A stretch of DNA of 64,000 bases. Source: an uncultured Chthonomonadaceae bacterium. Lineage in GTDB: Bacteria; Armatimonadota; Chthonomonadetes; Chthonomonadales; Chthonomonadaceae. The position numbers and the translations under genes were made by a program. The stretch lies in NCBI GenBank assembly GCA_963835065.1, contig CAWIEK010000049.1, forward strand, positions 288,001-352,000. Reading direction: 5' to 3'. Below, one piece after another: positions 32,274-42,845 of this stretch (positions within the stretch are counted from its first letter, which is position 1; the number at the start of each line of letters is the position of its first letter). Under the pieces are notes generated by a model, which was not told the DNA's origin, searched no databases, and saw only the letters and a program-made list of their open reading frames with translations.

Positions 32274-33958
32274 ATGCCTGCCCCACGCCGGAAACAATTG
32301 CCCGCTACCGCAGCGGAACCCTCAACGACACAGAGGAGATACGCGCTTTTGACGAGCATCTGCGCGATTGCCCCACCTGCCGTAAATCATTGCGGCAGCA
32401 AACCGCTTACGCCGCCATTCACCTTGCCGACAGCATCACGCCACAGCCCGATGAACCCCTGCATCCCGCAGACGCGCAAATGCTTGCTTATGTGCGCGGC
32501 CAATCGGACGACGTAGAACGTGAAATCATCGCTGCTCACTTATCTTTATGCCGCCAATGCCGGGCCGATGTTGCGGAACTTACCGCTTTCCACGAGAAAA
32601 TGCGTGTTTCCGGCTACGGCCATGTAGAGGAACGGCTCACCCAACCCACCCTGCGCGAACGCTGCGGAACCGCCTTCCATGCCGCTTTCCACGTCCTCAG
32701 CGTACGCAGCCTGCAATCCGCATTTAGTTGGTGGAACCGCTTAACTCTGGGCTTCCGGTTGGCGCTTGGGCTTGTTCTCGGCGTCCTGACAGGCATCTTC
32801 CTGCATGGGCACACAGGCAGCCTGAACGGTGTTGAAAGCGTTTTTCTCTGGCTGTTACAAAATCTTGCCACGCCCTTCATTTTTGTCGCTCTCGTCCGTA
32901 CTCTCATGGATGCCGATGTCAACGGGCGTATGGCCCGCCGCCTTGCCTACCTTGCTTTATCGAACACGATTGTCGCCGTGTGCATCGGCCTGATCGTCGG
33001 CAGGGTCGCGTACCTGCGGCCTGACGAGCATTTATCAAAGCCGGGTTACGATCCCCTACTGAACAACCTGTCTGACCAGGCGCAGCGTGGACTGCTCCAG
33101 CCACTTCTTGACAACGGCATCCTTGTCGGCGTTCTGTTTGCTATCGTCATCGGATTAGCCTTGCGCATGGTACGGCAAGACGCCATAAAAGCGCAGCAGA
33201 AAGATTATCTGGTCATCAGTCTCCTGCTTGCCTCAGTCTATCGCAGCCTGACCATTATATTGGATTGGGTTATTTCTCTTGTTCCCATCGCCGTATTCGC
33301 CGTAGTTGCCCACAAGGTAGGCGAAAGAACCTGGACGGACATCCAAATCCTGGTTAAGTTCAGCGCCTACGTGGTACTTGCGCTGTGTCTGCAAACTTTG
33401 TTCTATCTGCTTCGCCTGTGGTTCCGGGCCGCCATGCCTCCGAAGCAATTTATACGCGGAGCCTGGAAAGCCGTGCTGACGGCGTTTTCCACGGCAAGTT
33501 CCGCCGCCACCTTGCCCATCACCTACACCAGCGCCCTTGAAGGCGTAGGGGTTCGGGAGCGTTCCGCCGGATTAGGCGTACTCGTCGGCACACAGCTCAA
33601 CCGAGACGGTACAGCCCTGTACGAAGCCATCACGCCCGTTTTCATTGCCCGTGCGATTGGCCTTCCTCTTGATCCGATGCAGCAGTTGACCGTATTGGGC
33701 ATGGCGATTATAGCCTCCATTGCCGCGCCCGGCGTTCCCCAGGCCGGCCTGATTACCATGATGATTGTGTTTAAGGCTATCCATCTGGATCCCGTGTACA
33801 TTGTCTGGCTGCTGCCTCTCGATTGGCTGTTGGATCGCTTCCGCACCGCCGTCAACGTCTTAGGGGCCATGACCATGACCTGCCTGCTGGACCGGCGCAA
33901 TATCCCGTATGACAGCGAGGAACATGAGGACACCTTAGAGCCTGAAATCCTCAACTGA
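32270..33958 (+). CDS. Tandem zf-HC2 (ZAS) anti-sigma domains fused to a dicarboxylate/amino acid:cation symporter (DAACS) domain
   Basis: ATGA overlap with the sigma gene; HLRDCPTC and HLSLCRQC; AFSTASSAATLP, NRDGT, GVPQAG, DWLLDRFRTAVNV. Confidence 0.88.
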   Translation: MNACPTPETIARYRSGTLNDTEEIRAFDEHLRDCPTCRKSLRQQTAYAAIHLADSITPQPDEPLHPADAQMLAYVRGQSDDVEREIIAAHLSLCRQCRADVAELTAFHEKMRVSGYGHVEERLTQPTLRERCGTAFHAAFHVLSVRSLQSAFSWWNRLTLGFRLALGLVLGVLTGIFLHGHTGSLNGVESVFLWLLQNLATPFIFVALVRTLMDADVNGRMARRLAYLALSNTIVAVCIGLIVGRVAYLRPDEHLSKPGYDPLLNNLSDQAQRGLLQPLLDNGILVGVLFAIVIGLALRMVRQDAIKAQQKDYLVISLLLASVYRSLTIILDWVISLVPIAVFAVVAHKVGERTWTDIQILVKFSAYVVLALCLQTLFYLLRLWFRAAMPPKQFIRGAWKAVLTAFSTASSAATLPITYTSALEGVGVRERSAGLGVLVGTQLNRDGTALYEAITPVFIARAIGLPLDPMQQLTVLGMAIIASIAAPGVPQAGLITMMIVFKAIHLDPVYIVWLLPLDWLLDRFRTAVNVLGAMTMTCLLDRRNIPYDSEEHEDTLEPEILN

Positions 33959-34058
33959 CCGTCAATGTTGAACCGTGTTCACCGTCGCTTAATGAAAACG
34001 CTGCGTCTCCGAACACCAAACACCTAATACCCAACACCCTTCTTTTAAGGAGTTTATC

Positions 34059-35507
34059 ATGGCGCACACTCCGCACGGCATACTGCCCCTCGAACCCGCA
34101 AACGGTTTTTGGGCGGCCTACAACCGAATTCCCCTCTTTGTCCGCATCCTCGTTGCCATGACGCTAGGCATTATCGCGGGCGAATTGATACCGCCCGCCA
34201 CCATGACGCAGTATGCTCCCTCCTTAAAACTGGTCAGCGACACGATCCTGCAACTGCTGAAACTGCTCGCCACGCCGCTCATCTTTATCGCCGTCGTCCA
34301 CGCCATTTATAAAGCGCAGGCCAGTGGCAAAACCGCAAGCCGTCTTGTGTTCCTGTTGATGCGCAATACAGTTGTCGCCATTTTCATCGGCCTGCTTGTC
34401 GCCAACGTTTTACAGCCGGGAAGGTGGGTACATGCCGCGCCGTCCGGCGACAAAATAGCGACGAAATCTTCCAATTTTCTGCTTGATTTGGTCGGTAAAA
34501 TCCCGGCCAATCTCGTAGACCCGCTTCAGCATAATGAGATTATCTCTATTCTCATCTTAGCGGTCGCGTTCGGCGTCGCCATGCGCCTTGTGCGCGATCA
34601 GCAAGCCCGCGACGGCAAATCCGGCATCAACACCATCGGCGATTTGCTGGATACCGCCTTCAGCATCGTCATGGTCATGTTGCACTGGATTTTCGCCATC
34701 GTGCCTCTTGCTGTCTTCACGGTTGTTACCCGGCAGGTGGGAACCAACGGCGTCAAGCCGCTCATCGGCCTACTGGGGTTTGTCATCGCGGTGGTACTGG
34801 CGCTTGCGTTGCAGGCCGGATGGTATCTCGCAAACGTCCGTTTCCAGTCATGGGTAACGCCCGGACGGTTCCTCCGCGGAGCCTCAGATGCCCTCGTGAT
34901 GGCGTTTTCAACCGCCAGTTCCGCCGCAACCCTACCCGTTACCTATGCGGCTATGAAAGATAAAATCGGGGTACGGGAGGAATCCGCCGGTTTGGGAGTG
35001 ATGGTTGGTGGCACATTCAATCACGACGGCACGGCGCTCTACGAGGCAATGGCCGCCCTGTTCGTCTGTCAGATGCTCGGACAGCATCTAAATTGGGGAG
35101 AACAAATCAAAGTAGTCATCATGTCCGTGTTCGCGTCGGTCGGCGCGGCGGGCATCCCGGAAGCGGGCTTGGTCACGATGCTGGCCGTTTTCTCCGCCGT
35201 CAACCTTCCCACCGAGTACATCGCCCTGTTGCTGCCTCTCGACTGGTTCCTCGACCGCTGCCGCACCGCCATCAACGTCATGGGCGATATGAGCGTCACC
35301 TGCATGATTGACGGCAAAATCGCCCCTCCGAGTGAGGCGACAGCCGGACTCATCTTGCAACACCGGAGATTCACGCCGAAATACTGTCACAGCATTGAAG
35401 CGCATCATCTACTCTTAGTCAATGCGTATGCCGCTGCTCCTCAGGGCTGCTTTGAAACTGAACGATCATACAACCCAATTTGCGCCTGCATGTCGTTGTA
35501 CAATTGA
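34059..35507 (+). CDS. Dicarboxylate/amino acid:cation symporter (DAACS, GltP/GltT-like)
   Basis: AAGGAG RBS; AFSTASSAATLP, NHDGT, GIPEAG, DWFLDRCRTAINVMGD. The C-terminal tail runs into the convergent gene, so the 3' end is uncertain. Confidence 0.92.
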   Translation: MAHTPHGILPLEPANGFWAAYNRIPLFVRILVAMTLGIIAGELIPPATMTQYAPSLKLVSDTILQLLKLLATPLIFIAVVHAIYKAQASGKTASRLVFLLMRNTVVAIFIGLLVANVLQPGRWVHAAPSGDKIATKSSNFLLDLVGKIPANLVDPLQHNEIISILILAVAFGVAMRLVRDQQARDGKSGINTIGDLLDTAFSIVMVMLHWIFAIVPLAVFTVVTRQVGTNGVKPLIGLLGFVIAVVLALALQAGWYLANVRFQSWVTPGRFLRGASDALVMAFSTASSAATLPVTYAAMKDKIGVREESAGLGVMVGGTFNHDGTALYEAMAALFVCQMLGQHLNWGEQIKVVIMSVFASVGAAGIPEAGLVTMLAVFSAVNLPTEYIALLLPLDWFLDRCRTAINVMGDMSVTCMIDGKIAPPSEATAGLILQHRRFTPKYCHSIEAHHLLLVNAYAAAPQGCFETERSYNPICACMSLYN

Positions 35508-36076
35508 TCAAAGGTAACACAAAACACTTTATTAGAGTCAATTAGCACTCTATCAACTCGCCAGCGCAGTCGCTCTGCTTCACCCGGTTCCAGCAGATTG
35601 TGTCGTCCAATCAGCATCAATCCAGAGAATGTTGCATGACGCCCGAACAAGCGTTCAAATTCATTCGTCTGGCGCACATCGCTCACCTTGTAAAACCAGT
35701 CTATGATTTGACTGAAACCATGCTCAAATCGTGGTGACCAATCTCGCGTTGCCTTTTTGCCTGAGCGATCAAAGACACTTCTGGCCGAAGCGTCTTCCAC
35801 TTCAACAAGGCAGTACGCCTTGTTACTCGAATCGCCGATTACCAGGTCACAGCTAAAGTCTCCAGACAAAGACAACTCCGAAGCAACGCAATCCACTTCT
35901 ATGATGCCCGGCACATATAAGTTCGTCAGCGCCGTCAAATGTTTGCAAGCCTTGAAAAGTGGCAGCAGATGTTTGCGTTCCTCCGGTTCTGCTACCGTAT
36001 CCAGAAGCGTCTTCAATGCCTTGACTTCTTGCTGACAAGCCGTAAGATCGAAGGAGTAATGGTCTAAACTTTTCAT
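35441..36076 (-). CDS. Shedu-type anti-phage nuclease (DUF4263, PD-(D/E)XK)
   Basis: EE.....F, EL.L.GDFSCDLVIGD, LVEVEDA, FEHGFSQIIDW, LIGR, TFDQL pattern. Confidence 0.78.
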   Translation of the reverse strand: MKSLDHYSFDLTACQQEVKALKTLLDTVAEPEERKHLLPLFKACKHLTALTNLYVPGIIEVDCVASELSLSGDFSCDLVIGDSSNKAYCLVEVEDASARSVFDRSGKKATRDWSPRFEHGFSQIIDWFYKVSDVRQTNEFERLFGRHATFSGLMLIGRHNLLEPGEAERLRWRVDRVLIDSNKVFCVTFDQLYNDMQAQIGLYDRSVSKQP

Positions 36077-36369
36077 CCGTTTCCACTTGTCTGCGCGGCA
36101 ATTGCTGTCTGAAACGCATCTATTCTGGCTTGAGGAATAATGTCTAACACTTCCAACCCTTCCGACGATTTTTCGAAGAAGACACGCAGACTGGGACCGA
36201 CTGGAATCATATAGATGCCCTCCGGCTTTATCCACACCTGCACATCCGGGATTTTCTCCCATTCTTCCTGCGCCTGATCCACCTTCTTGACAGCCTGCTC
36301 TATTTGTTTGCGTATCCCCGGCTTCAGTGTATTGATCTGGATATAAGCCCGGTTGGTAAAGCTGATCAT
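36073..36369 (-). CDS. RelE/ParE-like small protein
   Basis: GAGGAGG RBS; ISFTNRA..QI..L, IY.I.VG.SLRVFF, I/V.DI pattern; ATGA-coupled to the Shedu-like gene. Confidence 0.6.
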   Translation of the reverse strand: MISFTNRAYIQINTLKPGIRKQIEQAVKKVDQAQEEWEKIPDVQVWIKPEGIYMIPVGPSLRVFFEKSSEGLEVLDIIPQARIDAFQTAIAAQTSGNG

Positions 36370-36413
36370 AATGCCTCCTCTCGCCTCGTTACAAGCAATA
36401 CCTGACAATATAA

Positions 36414-36475
36414 CTCTTTCATAAGTCTGTTTGATGAGATAAGGCTTGCCGCGTTTGTAAGGACTTATGAAAGAG
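36414..36475. mobile_element. MITE-like miniature element (14-bp terminal inverted repeats)
   Basis: CTCTTTCATAAGTC (36414-36427) and GACTTATGAAAGAG (36462-36475) around a 34-bp core. Confidence 0.45.
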
Positions 36476-36534
36476 GTTTAATCAGCGCCTGACAACTTTT
36501 CCATGCTGTCAAGCGCTGCCTTGTATTGTTGACG

Positions 36535-39500
36535 TCAGCGTTCCGGGTCATAGTTCAGGTTGGGCGCGAGCCAGCGTTCTACCGTTGTCACTTCCATGCT
36601 CTTGCGCTTCGCGTAATCTTCCACTTGATCTTTTTCGATCTTGCCGACCGGGAAATACCGCGACGCGGGATGCTGAATGTAAAAGCCGGAGACGCTGCTT
36701 GCCGGGTGCATGGCGAAACTCTCGGTCAGGCAGATACCCGTCTTGTCTTCTACCGTCATCAGGTCGAAGAGCGTCCGTTTTTCCGTATGATCCGGGCAGG
36801 CGGGATAACCGGGCGCGGGACGAACGCCCCGATACCGCTCCTTGATTATGTCTTCCGTACTCAGGTTCTCGTGCCGCCCATATCCCCACTCGTCCCGAAC
36901 GATCTTATGCAGACGCTCCGCAAACGCTTCAGCCAATCTGTCCGCCAGCGCGTCCGCCATGATCGCGTTGTAATCGTCATGCTCCGCCTTGAACTTCGCC
37001 TTCAACTCGTCCACGCCGATTCCCGCCGTCACCGCAAACCCGCCAAAATGATCCGCCAGTCCCGTTTCCTTCGGCGCAATGTAATCAGCCAGGCACAAAT
37101 TTAGGGTGTTGGGTGTTGGGTGTTGGGTGTTGGGAATTGCGCTCTCCTCTTCTCCTTTTCTCCTTTTCTCCTTTTCTTCCTCTGTTCCCTGTTCCCTGTT
37201 CCCTGTTCCCTCTTTATCCATCTGCTGCCGCAGGAAGTGGAAGCGCGTCAGGACTTCGGAACGGGTTTCGTCCGTGTACAATTCCACGTCGTCGCCCACG
37301 CTGTTGGCGGGGAACAGGCCGTACACCGCCCGCGCCGTCAGCAGTTTGCCGGCTACGATCTGCTGAAGCAGCGCTCGCGCTTCCTCGTACAGTTTACGCG
37401 CCGTTTCGCCAACAACCGCGTCGTTCAGAATCGCCGGGAAGCGCCCGTGCAGTTCCCATGTATGGAAAAACGGCGTCCAGTCAATGTAGGGAACCAGTTC
37501 TTCCAGCGGGTAGTTATTCAGGACGCGAACGCCCGTAAATTCCGGCTGCGCCACATCTGCGGGCTTCCAGTCAATCGGCGTTCGGCGCTTCCGCGCTTCC
37601 GCAATCGGCAGCATCTTCTTTTCTTCGCGCCGATTCGCGTACTGCTCCCGCAAAACCTGCTGTTCCAGTTTGTTGCGCTCGATGTAATCCGGCTTCTGTT
37701 CCTCGCTTAACAGGGCGCTGACAACGCCCACCGCCCGCGACGCATCCAGCACATGTACCACTTCATGATTGTAGGAGGGCGCGATTTTGATGGCCGTATG
37801 CGCCCGGCTTGTTGTTGCGCCCCCAATCAGGAGGGGCACTTCAAACCCCCGCCGCTTCATCTCGCTCGCCACATGGATCATTTCATCCAGCGAGGGCGTA
37901 ATCAGGCCGCTCAAGCCGATAATGTCTACGTTCTCGTCCTGCGCCGTTTGCAGAATCTTTTCCGTCGAAACCATCACGCCCAGATCAATCACTTCGTAGT
38001 TGTTGCAGCCCAGCACGACGCCCACGATGTTCTTGCCGATGTCATGCACATCGCCCTTCACCGTCGCCATCAGAACCTTGCCCTGCGCCTTCACCTCGCC
38101 GCCGGACGCCCGCACCGCCGCCTTTTCCGCTTCCATAAAGGGCAGCAGCACGGCTACCGCTTTCTTCATCACCCGCGCCGATTTTACCACTTGCGGCAAA
38201 AACATCTTGCCTGCCCCGAATAAATCGCCCACAATGTTCATGCCGTCCATCAACGGCCCTTCAATCACGCTCAATGGACGGTCGTACTTCTGTCGCGCTT
38301 CCTCTACATCCGCTTCGATGTAATCGGTCACGCCCTTCACAAGCGCATGGGACAGCCGCGCCTCAACCGTTCCCAGCCGCCACTCTTCCTGCTCGGTCTT
38401 GTCCTTCTTTTTCTCGCCCTTCACCGTTTCCGCAAACGCAAGCAGGCGTTCGGTAGACTCGGCGCGGCGATTGAGAAGCACGTCCTCAACCAGTTCAAGC
38501 AAATCTTTCGGTATCTCATCGTAAACCGCCAACTGCCCCGCGTTGACAATACCCATATCCATGCCGGCCTGCACCGCATGGTACAGAAACGCGGCATGCA
38601 TGGCTTCGCGCACGGCATTGTTGCCCCGGAACGAAAACGAAATGTTGCTGACGCCGCCCGACACCTTTGCACCCGGCAAGTTCTGCTTGATCCAGCGCGT
38701 CGCTTCGATGAAGTCAACCGCGTAGTTGTTATGCTCTTCCAATCCCGTCGCAACCGTCAGGATGTTGGGATCGAAGATAATATCTTCTGCGGGAAAGCCA
38801 ATCTCTTCCGTAAGGATTTTGTACAGCCGTTCGCAAACCTCGATTTTGCGGGCGTAACTGTCCGCCTGCCCCTTCTCATCAAACGCCATCACAACCGCCG
38901 CCGCACCGTACTGCCGCACTAGCCGAGCCTGCTGCTTGAACGTTTCCAGATTCTCCTTTAGCGCCAGCGAGTTGACAATGCCCTTGCCCTGAATGCACTT
39001 CAGCCCCGCTTCAATCACGGCAAACTTGGAACTGTCAATCATAATCGGGACGCGCGAAATAGCGTCATCCGGCCCGACAAGATTGAGGAACGTGGTCATG
39101 GCCTGTTCGCCGTCCAGCAATCCCTCGTCCATGTTCACATCAATGATCTGCGCCCCATTTTCGACTTGCTGCCGCGCAACCGCCAGCGCTTCCTCATAAT
39201 TGCCCGCCAGAATCAGTTTGGCGAACTTGGGCGACCCGGTTACGTTCGTGCGCTCCCCAATGTTGACAAAGTTGGCATCCGGGCGCAGCGTTAAGGCTTC
39301 CAAACCGCTCAATCGCGTAAACGCGGGAACTTGAGGCGGAACGCGCGGCGCGTAATCTTTCACGATCTCAGCGACCCCGCGTATATAATCCGGCGTCGTG
39401 CCACAGCAGCCGCCCACGATATTCAGCCAGCCGTTCGCCGCCCAATCCCGAATAAACGGGAACATCTGCTCCGTCGTCAGGCTGAATCCCGATTCGGAAA

Positions 39501-40335
39501 GCGCGTCCGGCAGTCCGGCATTAGGATAGGCACTCAGATAAAACGGCGACAGGCGCGACAATTCTTCAATGTTGGCCCGCATCAAATCCGGCCCCACCGC
39601 GCAGTTCAGGCCGACGGACAGCAGGGGCGCGTGTGAAACGGAATTCAGCGCCGCTTCCAGCGTTTGCCCCGACAACGTGCGCCCGCCGCCCTGCGGAAAC
39701 AGCGAAATGCTGACCATTACGGGAACTTCCCGCGCTCCCTCCGCAAACAGTTTTTGTATGGCAAACAACGCCGCTTTCAAGTTCAGCGTATCAAACGTCG
39801 TTTCCGGCAGCAGCAAGTCCACCCCGCCTGCAATCAGCGCCTTCGCCTGCTCATAATAACTCGTCATCACCTGATCGAACGTAACAGCGCGGAATCCGGG
39901 GTCATTCGTGTTCGGTGATATGGAGAGGGTTCTGTTGAGTGGCCCCATGCTTCCGGCGACAAAGCGCGGACGTGAAGGATCGCGCCGCATCGCCGCTTCC
40001 ACGCATTGTCGGGCAATTTGCGCGGCTGCAGCATTCATTTCCGCCACATAATCGCTCAATTCATGGTCGGCCTGAGAAATAGCCGTTGCCGTGAACGTGT
40101 TCGTTTCGATAATATCCGCGCCCGCATCCAGATAATCATTGTGAATGCCGACGATAATATCCGGGTTCGACAGGTTCAGCACATCCGGGTTGTTTTTCAG
40201 GTCAATAGGATGGTCGGCAAACCGCTTGCCCCGGTAATCCGCTTCTTCCAGCCGCTTGCGAAACAGCAGTGCCCCCATCGAGCCATCCAGCACCAAGATG
40301 CGTTTTTGCAGCAATTCTCTTATATCCGTCACCAT
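36535..40335 (-). CDS. metH: Cobalamin-dependent methionine synthase
   Basis: LDGSMG, GGCCGT, IGERTNV, B12 motif [20 protein letters not shown]; about 35-aa repeat-derived insert. Confidence 0.98.
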   Translation of the reverse strand: MVTDIRELLQKRILVLDGSMGALLFRKRLEEADYRGKRFADHPIDLKNNPDVLNLSNPDIIVGIHNDYLDAGADIIETNTFTATAISQADHELSDYVAEMNAAAAQIARQCVEAAMRRDPSRPRFVAGSMGPLNRTLSISPNTNDPGFRAVTFDQVMTSYYEQAKALIAGGVDLLLPETTFDTLNLKAALFAIQKLFAEGAREVPVMVSISLFPQGGGRTLSGQTLEAALNSVSHAPLLSVGLNCAVGPDLMRANIEELSRLSPFYLSAYPNAGLPDALSESGFSLTTEQMFPFIRDWAANGWLNIVGGCCGTTPDYIRGVAEIVKDYAPRVPPQVPAFTRLSGLEALTLRPDANFVNIGERTNVTGSPKFAKLILAGNYEEALAVARQQVENGAQIIDVNMDEGLLDGEQAMTTFLNLVGPDDAISRVPIMIDSSKFAVIEAGLKCIQGKGIVNSLALKENLETFKQQARLVRQYGAAAVVMAFDEKGQADSYARKIEVCERLYKILTEEIGFPAEDIIFDPNILTVATGLEEHNNYAVDFIEATRWIKQNLPGAKVSGGVSNISFSFRGNNAVREAMHAAFLYHAVQAGMDMGIVNAGQLAVYDEIPKDLLELVEDVLLNRRAESTERLLAFAETVKGEKKKDKTEQEEWRLGTVEARLSHALVKGVTDYIEADVEEARQKYDRPLSVIEGPLMDGMNIVGDLFGAGKMFLPQVVKSARVMKKAVAVLLPFMEAEKAAVRASGGEVKAQGKVLMATVKGDVHDIGKNIVGVVLGCNNYEVIDLGVMVSTEKILQTAQDENVDIIGLSGLITPSLDEMIHVASEMKRRGFEVPLLIGGATTSRAHTAIKIAPSYNHEVVHVLDASRAVGVVSALLSEEQKPDYIERNKLEQQVLREQYANRREEKKMLPIAEARKRRTPIDWKPADVAQPEFTGVRVLNNYPLEELVPYIDWTPFFHTWELHGRFPAILNDAVVGETARKLYEEARALLQQIVAGKLLTARAVYGLFPANSVGDDVELYTDETRSEVLTRFHFLRQQMDKEGTGNREQGTEEEKEKRRKGEEESAIPNTQHPTPNTLNLCLADYIAPKETGLADHFGGFAVTAGIGVDELKAKFKAEHDDYNAIMADALADRLAEAFAERLHKIVRDEWGYGRHENLSTEDIIKERYRGVRPAPGYPACPDHTEKRTLFDLMTVEDKTGICLTESFAMHPASSVSGFYIQHPASRYFPVGKIEKDQVEDYAKRKSMEVTTVERWLAPNLNYDPER
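37104..37210. repeat. Composite in-frame repeat insertion in metH: (GGGTGTT)4, (CTCCTTTT)~4, (CTGTTCC)4
   Basis: Seen directly; encodes [35 protein letters not shown]. Confidence 0.92.
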
Positions 40336-40500
40336 GCGTGTCTCTTCCTTATCGAATGTGGTGGTTGGTGATTGGCGTTCCTTATGTTCCTATGTTTGCG
40401 CGTAGGATACTTGTCATTACGTTTCCGCGAACTGCGCAGGAACCATCTGCCTCTTCAACCGCATCCAACCAATCACCAACCACCAAGCACCTGTCACCAA

Positions 40501-41282
40501 CTAAACGCCCAACTCCGCCCAAAGCAGTTCATCCAGCAACGCAGCCGGCATTTCCCTGTCCGGCAGTTCCGTCACCTGCTCACCCACGCGCAGAAGTTCG
40601 CCGTCAATAAAGCCGTCCAGCAACGTATCATGCGCTTCCGTTCCCAACTCCACCGCCTGCTTTTTGCGTTCCATGAGTTCATCCAGCCGCGTTCGCACAT
40701 CGGAACGGAAGCGCAATGCTTGCCAGCGCGTCGTGTATGGATGTTGGCGGCGGTGTCTGATGCTGCTCCATCCAGCGTATGCAGCACAAAGGCCGCAGCA
40801 CGTACAAATATTTTTTCAGCGAAACTTCCGCCTTGTTCTCAATCGAAAGCCGGTAGTTCGACTTCGCCATGCTGATGTAATGGTACGTCATGCGGCGCGG
40901 CGAAAAATGTTCCTGCGCCAGCATACGCAGCCGCGAAGCAAAGTCGCCATTCTCTCGATAGACTATGGGCGAGTGCAGCCATTCCAGCAGGGACGGGTTC
41001 GACTTGCGAAACTGCGTCAGCGCCTTCACCATATCCCACCCGTTGATGTCCAAATCCCCTTCAATGGGCAATTCGATCACATCCCGGCGTTCCTGCAAGC
41101 GGACATAATCCCGAACGCCCCGCTTGATAAACAAAGCGAACATCATAATCACTGTCCGGTGACGCAAAGCCCCACGCCCGACTGCCCAACTCCACCGCAA
41201 ACAACAGCCGCGCATCCTGTTCGCGCTCCAACCGGTCAAGTTCACCCTGTATTCTGCTGCCAACACTGTCCACTTCGCTCAT
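40501..41282 (-). pseudogene. Nucleotidyltransferase (YcgL/RlaP-like), two frameshifts
   Basis: GSRAWGFASPDSDYDVRFVY, then KSNPSLLEWLHSPIVY and KKYLYVLRP in a second frame, then the C-terminus in ORF 40501-40716 after another shift. May be assembly error. Confidence 0.75.
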
Positions 41283-41627
41283 TCTCACACCTTCAACGCC
41301 GACATTGTCCGCTAACAACTTACCAATTGCTTCTCCCCTCACTTCGGCAATGCCCGTCCCTTTCATTATACCAGATGCCATTTCTGGCTCTGTAATCAGG
41401 CAAGACAAGCCGTAAATCAGAAAAGTTGCACTCCCATTCACGCACCGAAATGCGGTGTAGTCCGCGCAGGCGGACTTCGTTAGCACAGCCGCGCAATTTA
41501 TTGCTACTGGCACGGGCTTTTGCGCGAACTCTGCTTACATGGCTCCATGCTTGCACGGATGCTTACATATTTACGGCGCAACTTCGCGCACATAAAAGTA
41601 CATCAGGGAACCCCCGCAGGCGCGTTT

Positions 41628-42731
41628 TCAAAATGAGGACTTACCACGCGCCGGGAACCGCCGCCGGAAATCATCGGCGACACCGAGCAGGTAATTGCCA
41701 TCCGTCCGCAAATACGTCAATTGGGCAATGTCGCCGCCGTCGCTGTTGATAGCGCCCCAAACTCCCTTCGCCAGCCAGAACCTCTGCAAATCCGCCAGGG
41801 ACCAGCCACCTACCATCGCCAGTCCGTGCCGGAACTGAATGGCGCTGCTTGCTTCCGTATCCGGGTCTTGCACGAACAGCAGGTACAAATGCCGATTGTC
41901 ACGGCTCCATCCCAGTGACACCCGCGAAGTCTTGATATGGTCTACGATTGGGATATGCCCCGCTTCTTCCGGCGTGGAAGGCACTGGCCCTTTTAACGGC
42001 AATTGTCCCGGCAATGGAAACGACTGAACGCGGAGCGGCTTGCCCTCGCGTATCAGGCATTGCGCCCCGCCCGAAGCCCAATCAAACTCCCGCGCCAGAT
42101 CATTCTTATTCGGCAAATGTTCCGTTTTGAAGATGATGCGCCCGTTTACCGACTTGACGCCGAATGTCCAGCGATGCGATCCCGCCAGATAATGCGCCTT
42201 GCCGTTCAGCACAACGGGCGCGACGTGTTCGGCTGTCGCGCCCGCTCCATACCGCTCCGGCCCAAAAAACAAGCCATTCCACGCCGCCAGAACGCGCCCC
42301 TGCTTTTCCAGTCCAAAAGCCGCGTTCAACTGCCGCGTAATCTGCCCAACGCCCCGCTCCCAAAATCGCGCATGGTTATCGAAAGGCTTCTCATCGTCCT
42401 GATCCTGATCGAATATCTCCAATCGCAGCCGACGATTCCGCCCAAAATCAAAGTCGAACAAATCCAGTTTTGTGCCATCCGGCGACGAAGTATCCTGCCA
42501 ATGCGTTACCCCGCCCGCAAGCCCCTCTTTTAGAGAGCGCGGCCAGGGCCATGTTGTCAATACGCTCGGCACATCCTGATGAACAACCACACCGGCGCTT
42601 TGCGTAACAGGCGCTGACGTTCTCCGCATTCGCAGTTTGCCAACCAGGAACGCGCTCGCCGCCATCATGCACAATGCTGCGACAATCCACAAATGTTGCC
42701 GATGTTTCCGCAGTACCATGCCAGTCACCAT
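41628..42731 (-). CDS. Phosphodiester glycosidase-like hypothetical protein (3' end possibly frameshifted)
   Basis: N-terminal TM; WNGLFF, GGAQCL, RVSLG, AINSDGG motifs. Confidence 0.55.
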   Translation of the reverse strand: MVTGMVLRKHRQHLWIVAALCMMAASAFLVGKLRMRRTSAPVTQSAGVVVHQDVPSVLTTWPWPRSLKEGLAGGVTHWQDTSSPDGTKLDLFDFDFGRNRRLRLEIFDQDQDDEKPFDNHARFWERGVGQITRQLNAAFGLEKQGRVLAAWNGLFFGPERYGAGATAEHVAPVVLNGKAHYLAGSHRWTFGVKSVNGRIIFKTEHLPNKNDLAREFDWASGGAQCLIREGKPLRVQSFPLPGQLPLKGPVPSTPEEAGHIPIVDHIKTSRVSLGWSRDNRHLYLLFVQDPDTEASSAIQFRHGLAMVGGWSLADLQRFWLAKGVWGAINSDGGDIAQLTYLRTDGNYLLGVADDFRRRFPARGKSSF

Positions 42732-42845
42732 ACCCCGGTACGTCCTATCGCATGAAGATAAACAGCCTATGTGCGTTCATGCGCGTTCATTCGCGGCTAC
42801 TTCCGATTCATGGAACAAGGTTGTGGGCTGCTCTCATATAGCCGC

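Noticed and set aside
35345..35507. Functional C-terminal extension of the second DAACS overlapping the Shedu gene
   Set aside because: The tail is not transporter-like and probably reflects a stop lost through the cassette insertion or an indel.
40336..40500. SAM or cobalamin riboswitch upstream of metH
   Set aside because: No recognisable SAM-I or B12-box consensus; the region is mostly an inverted pair of TGGTTGG/CCAACCA arrays.
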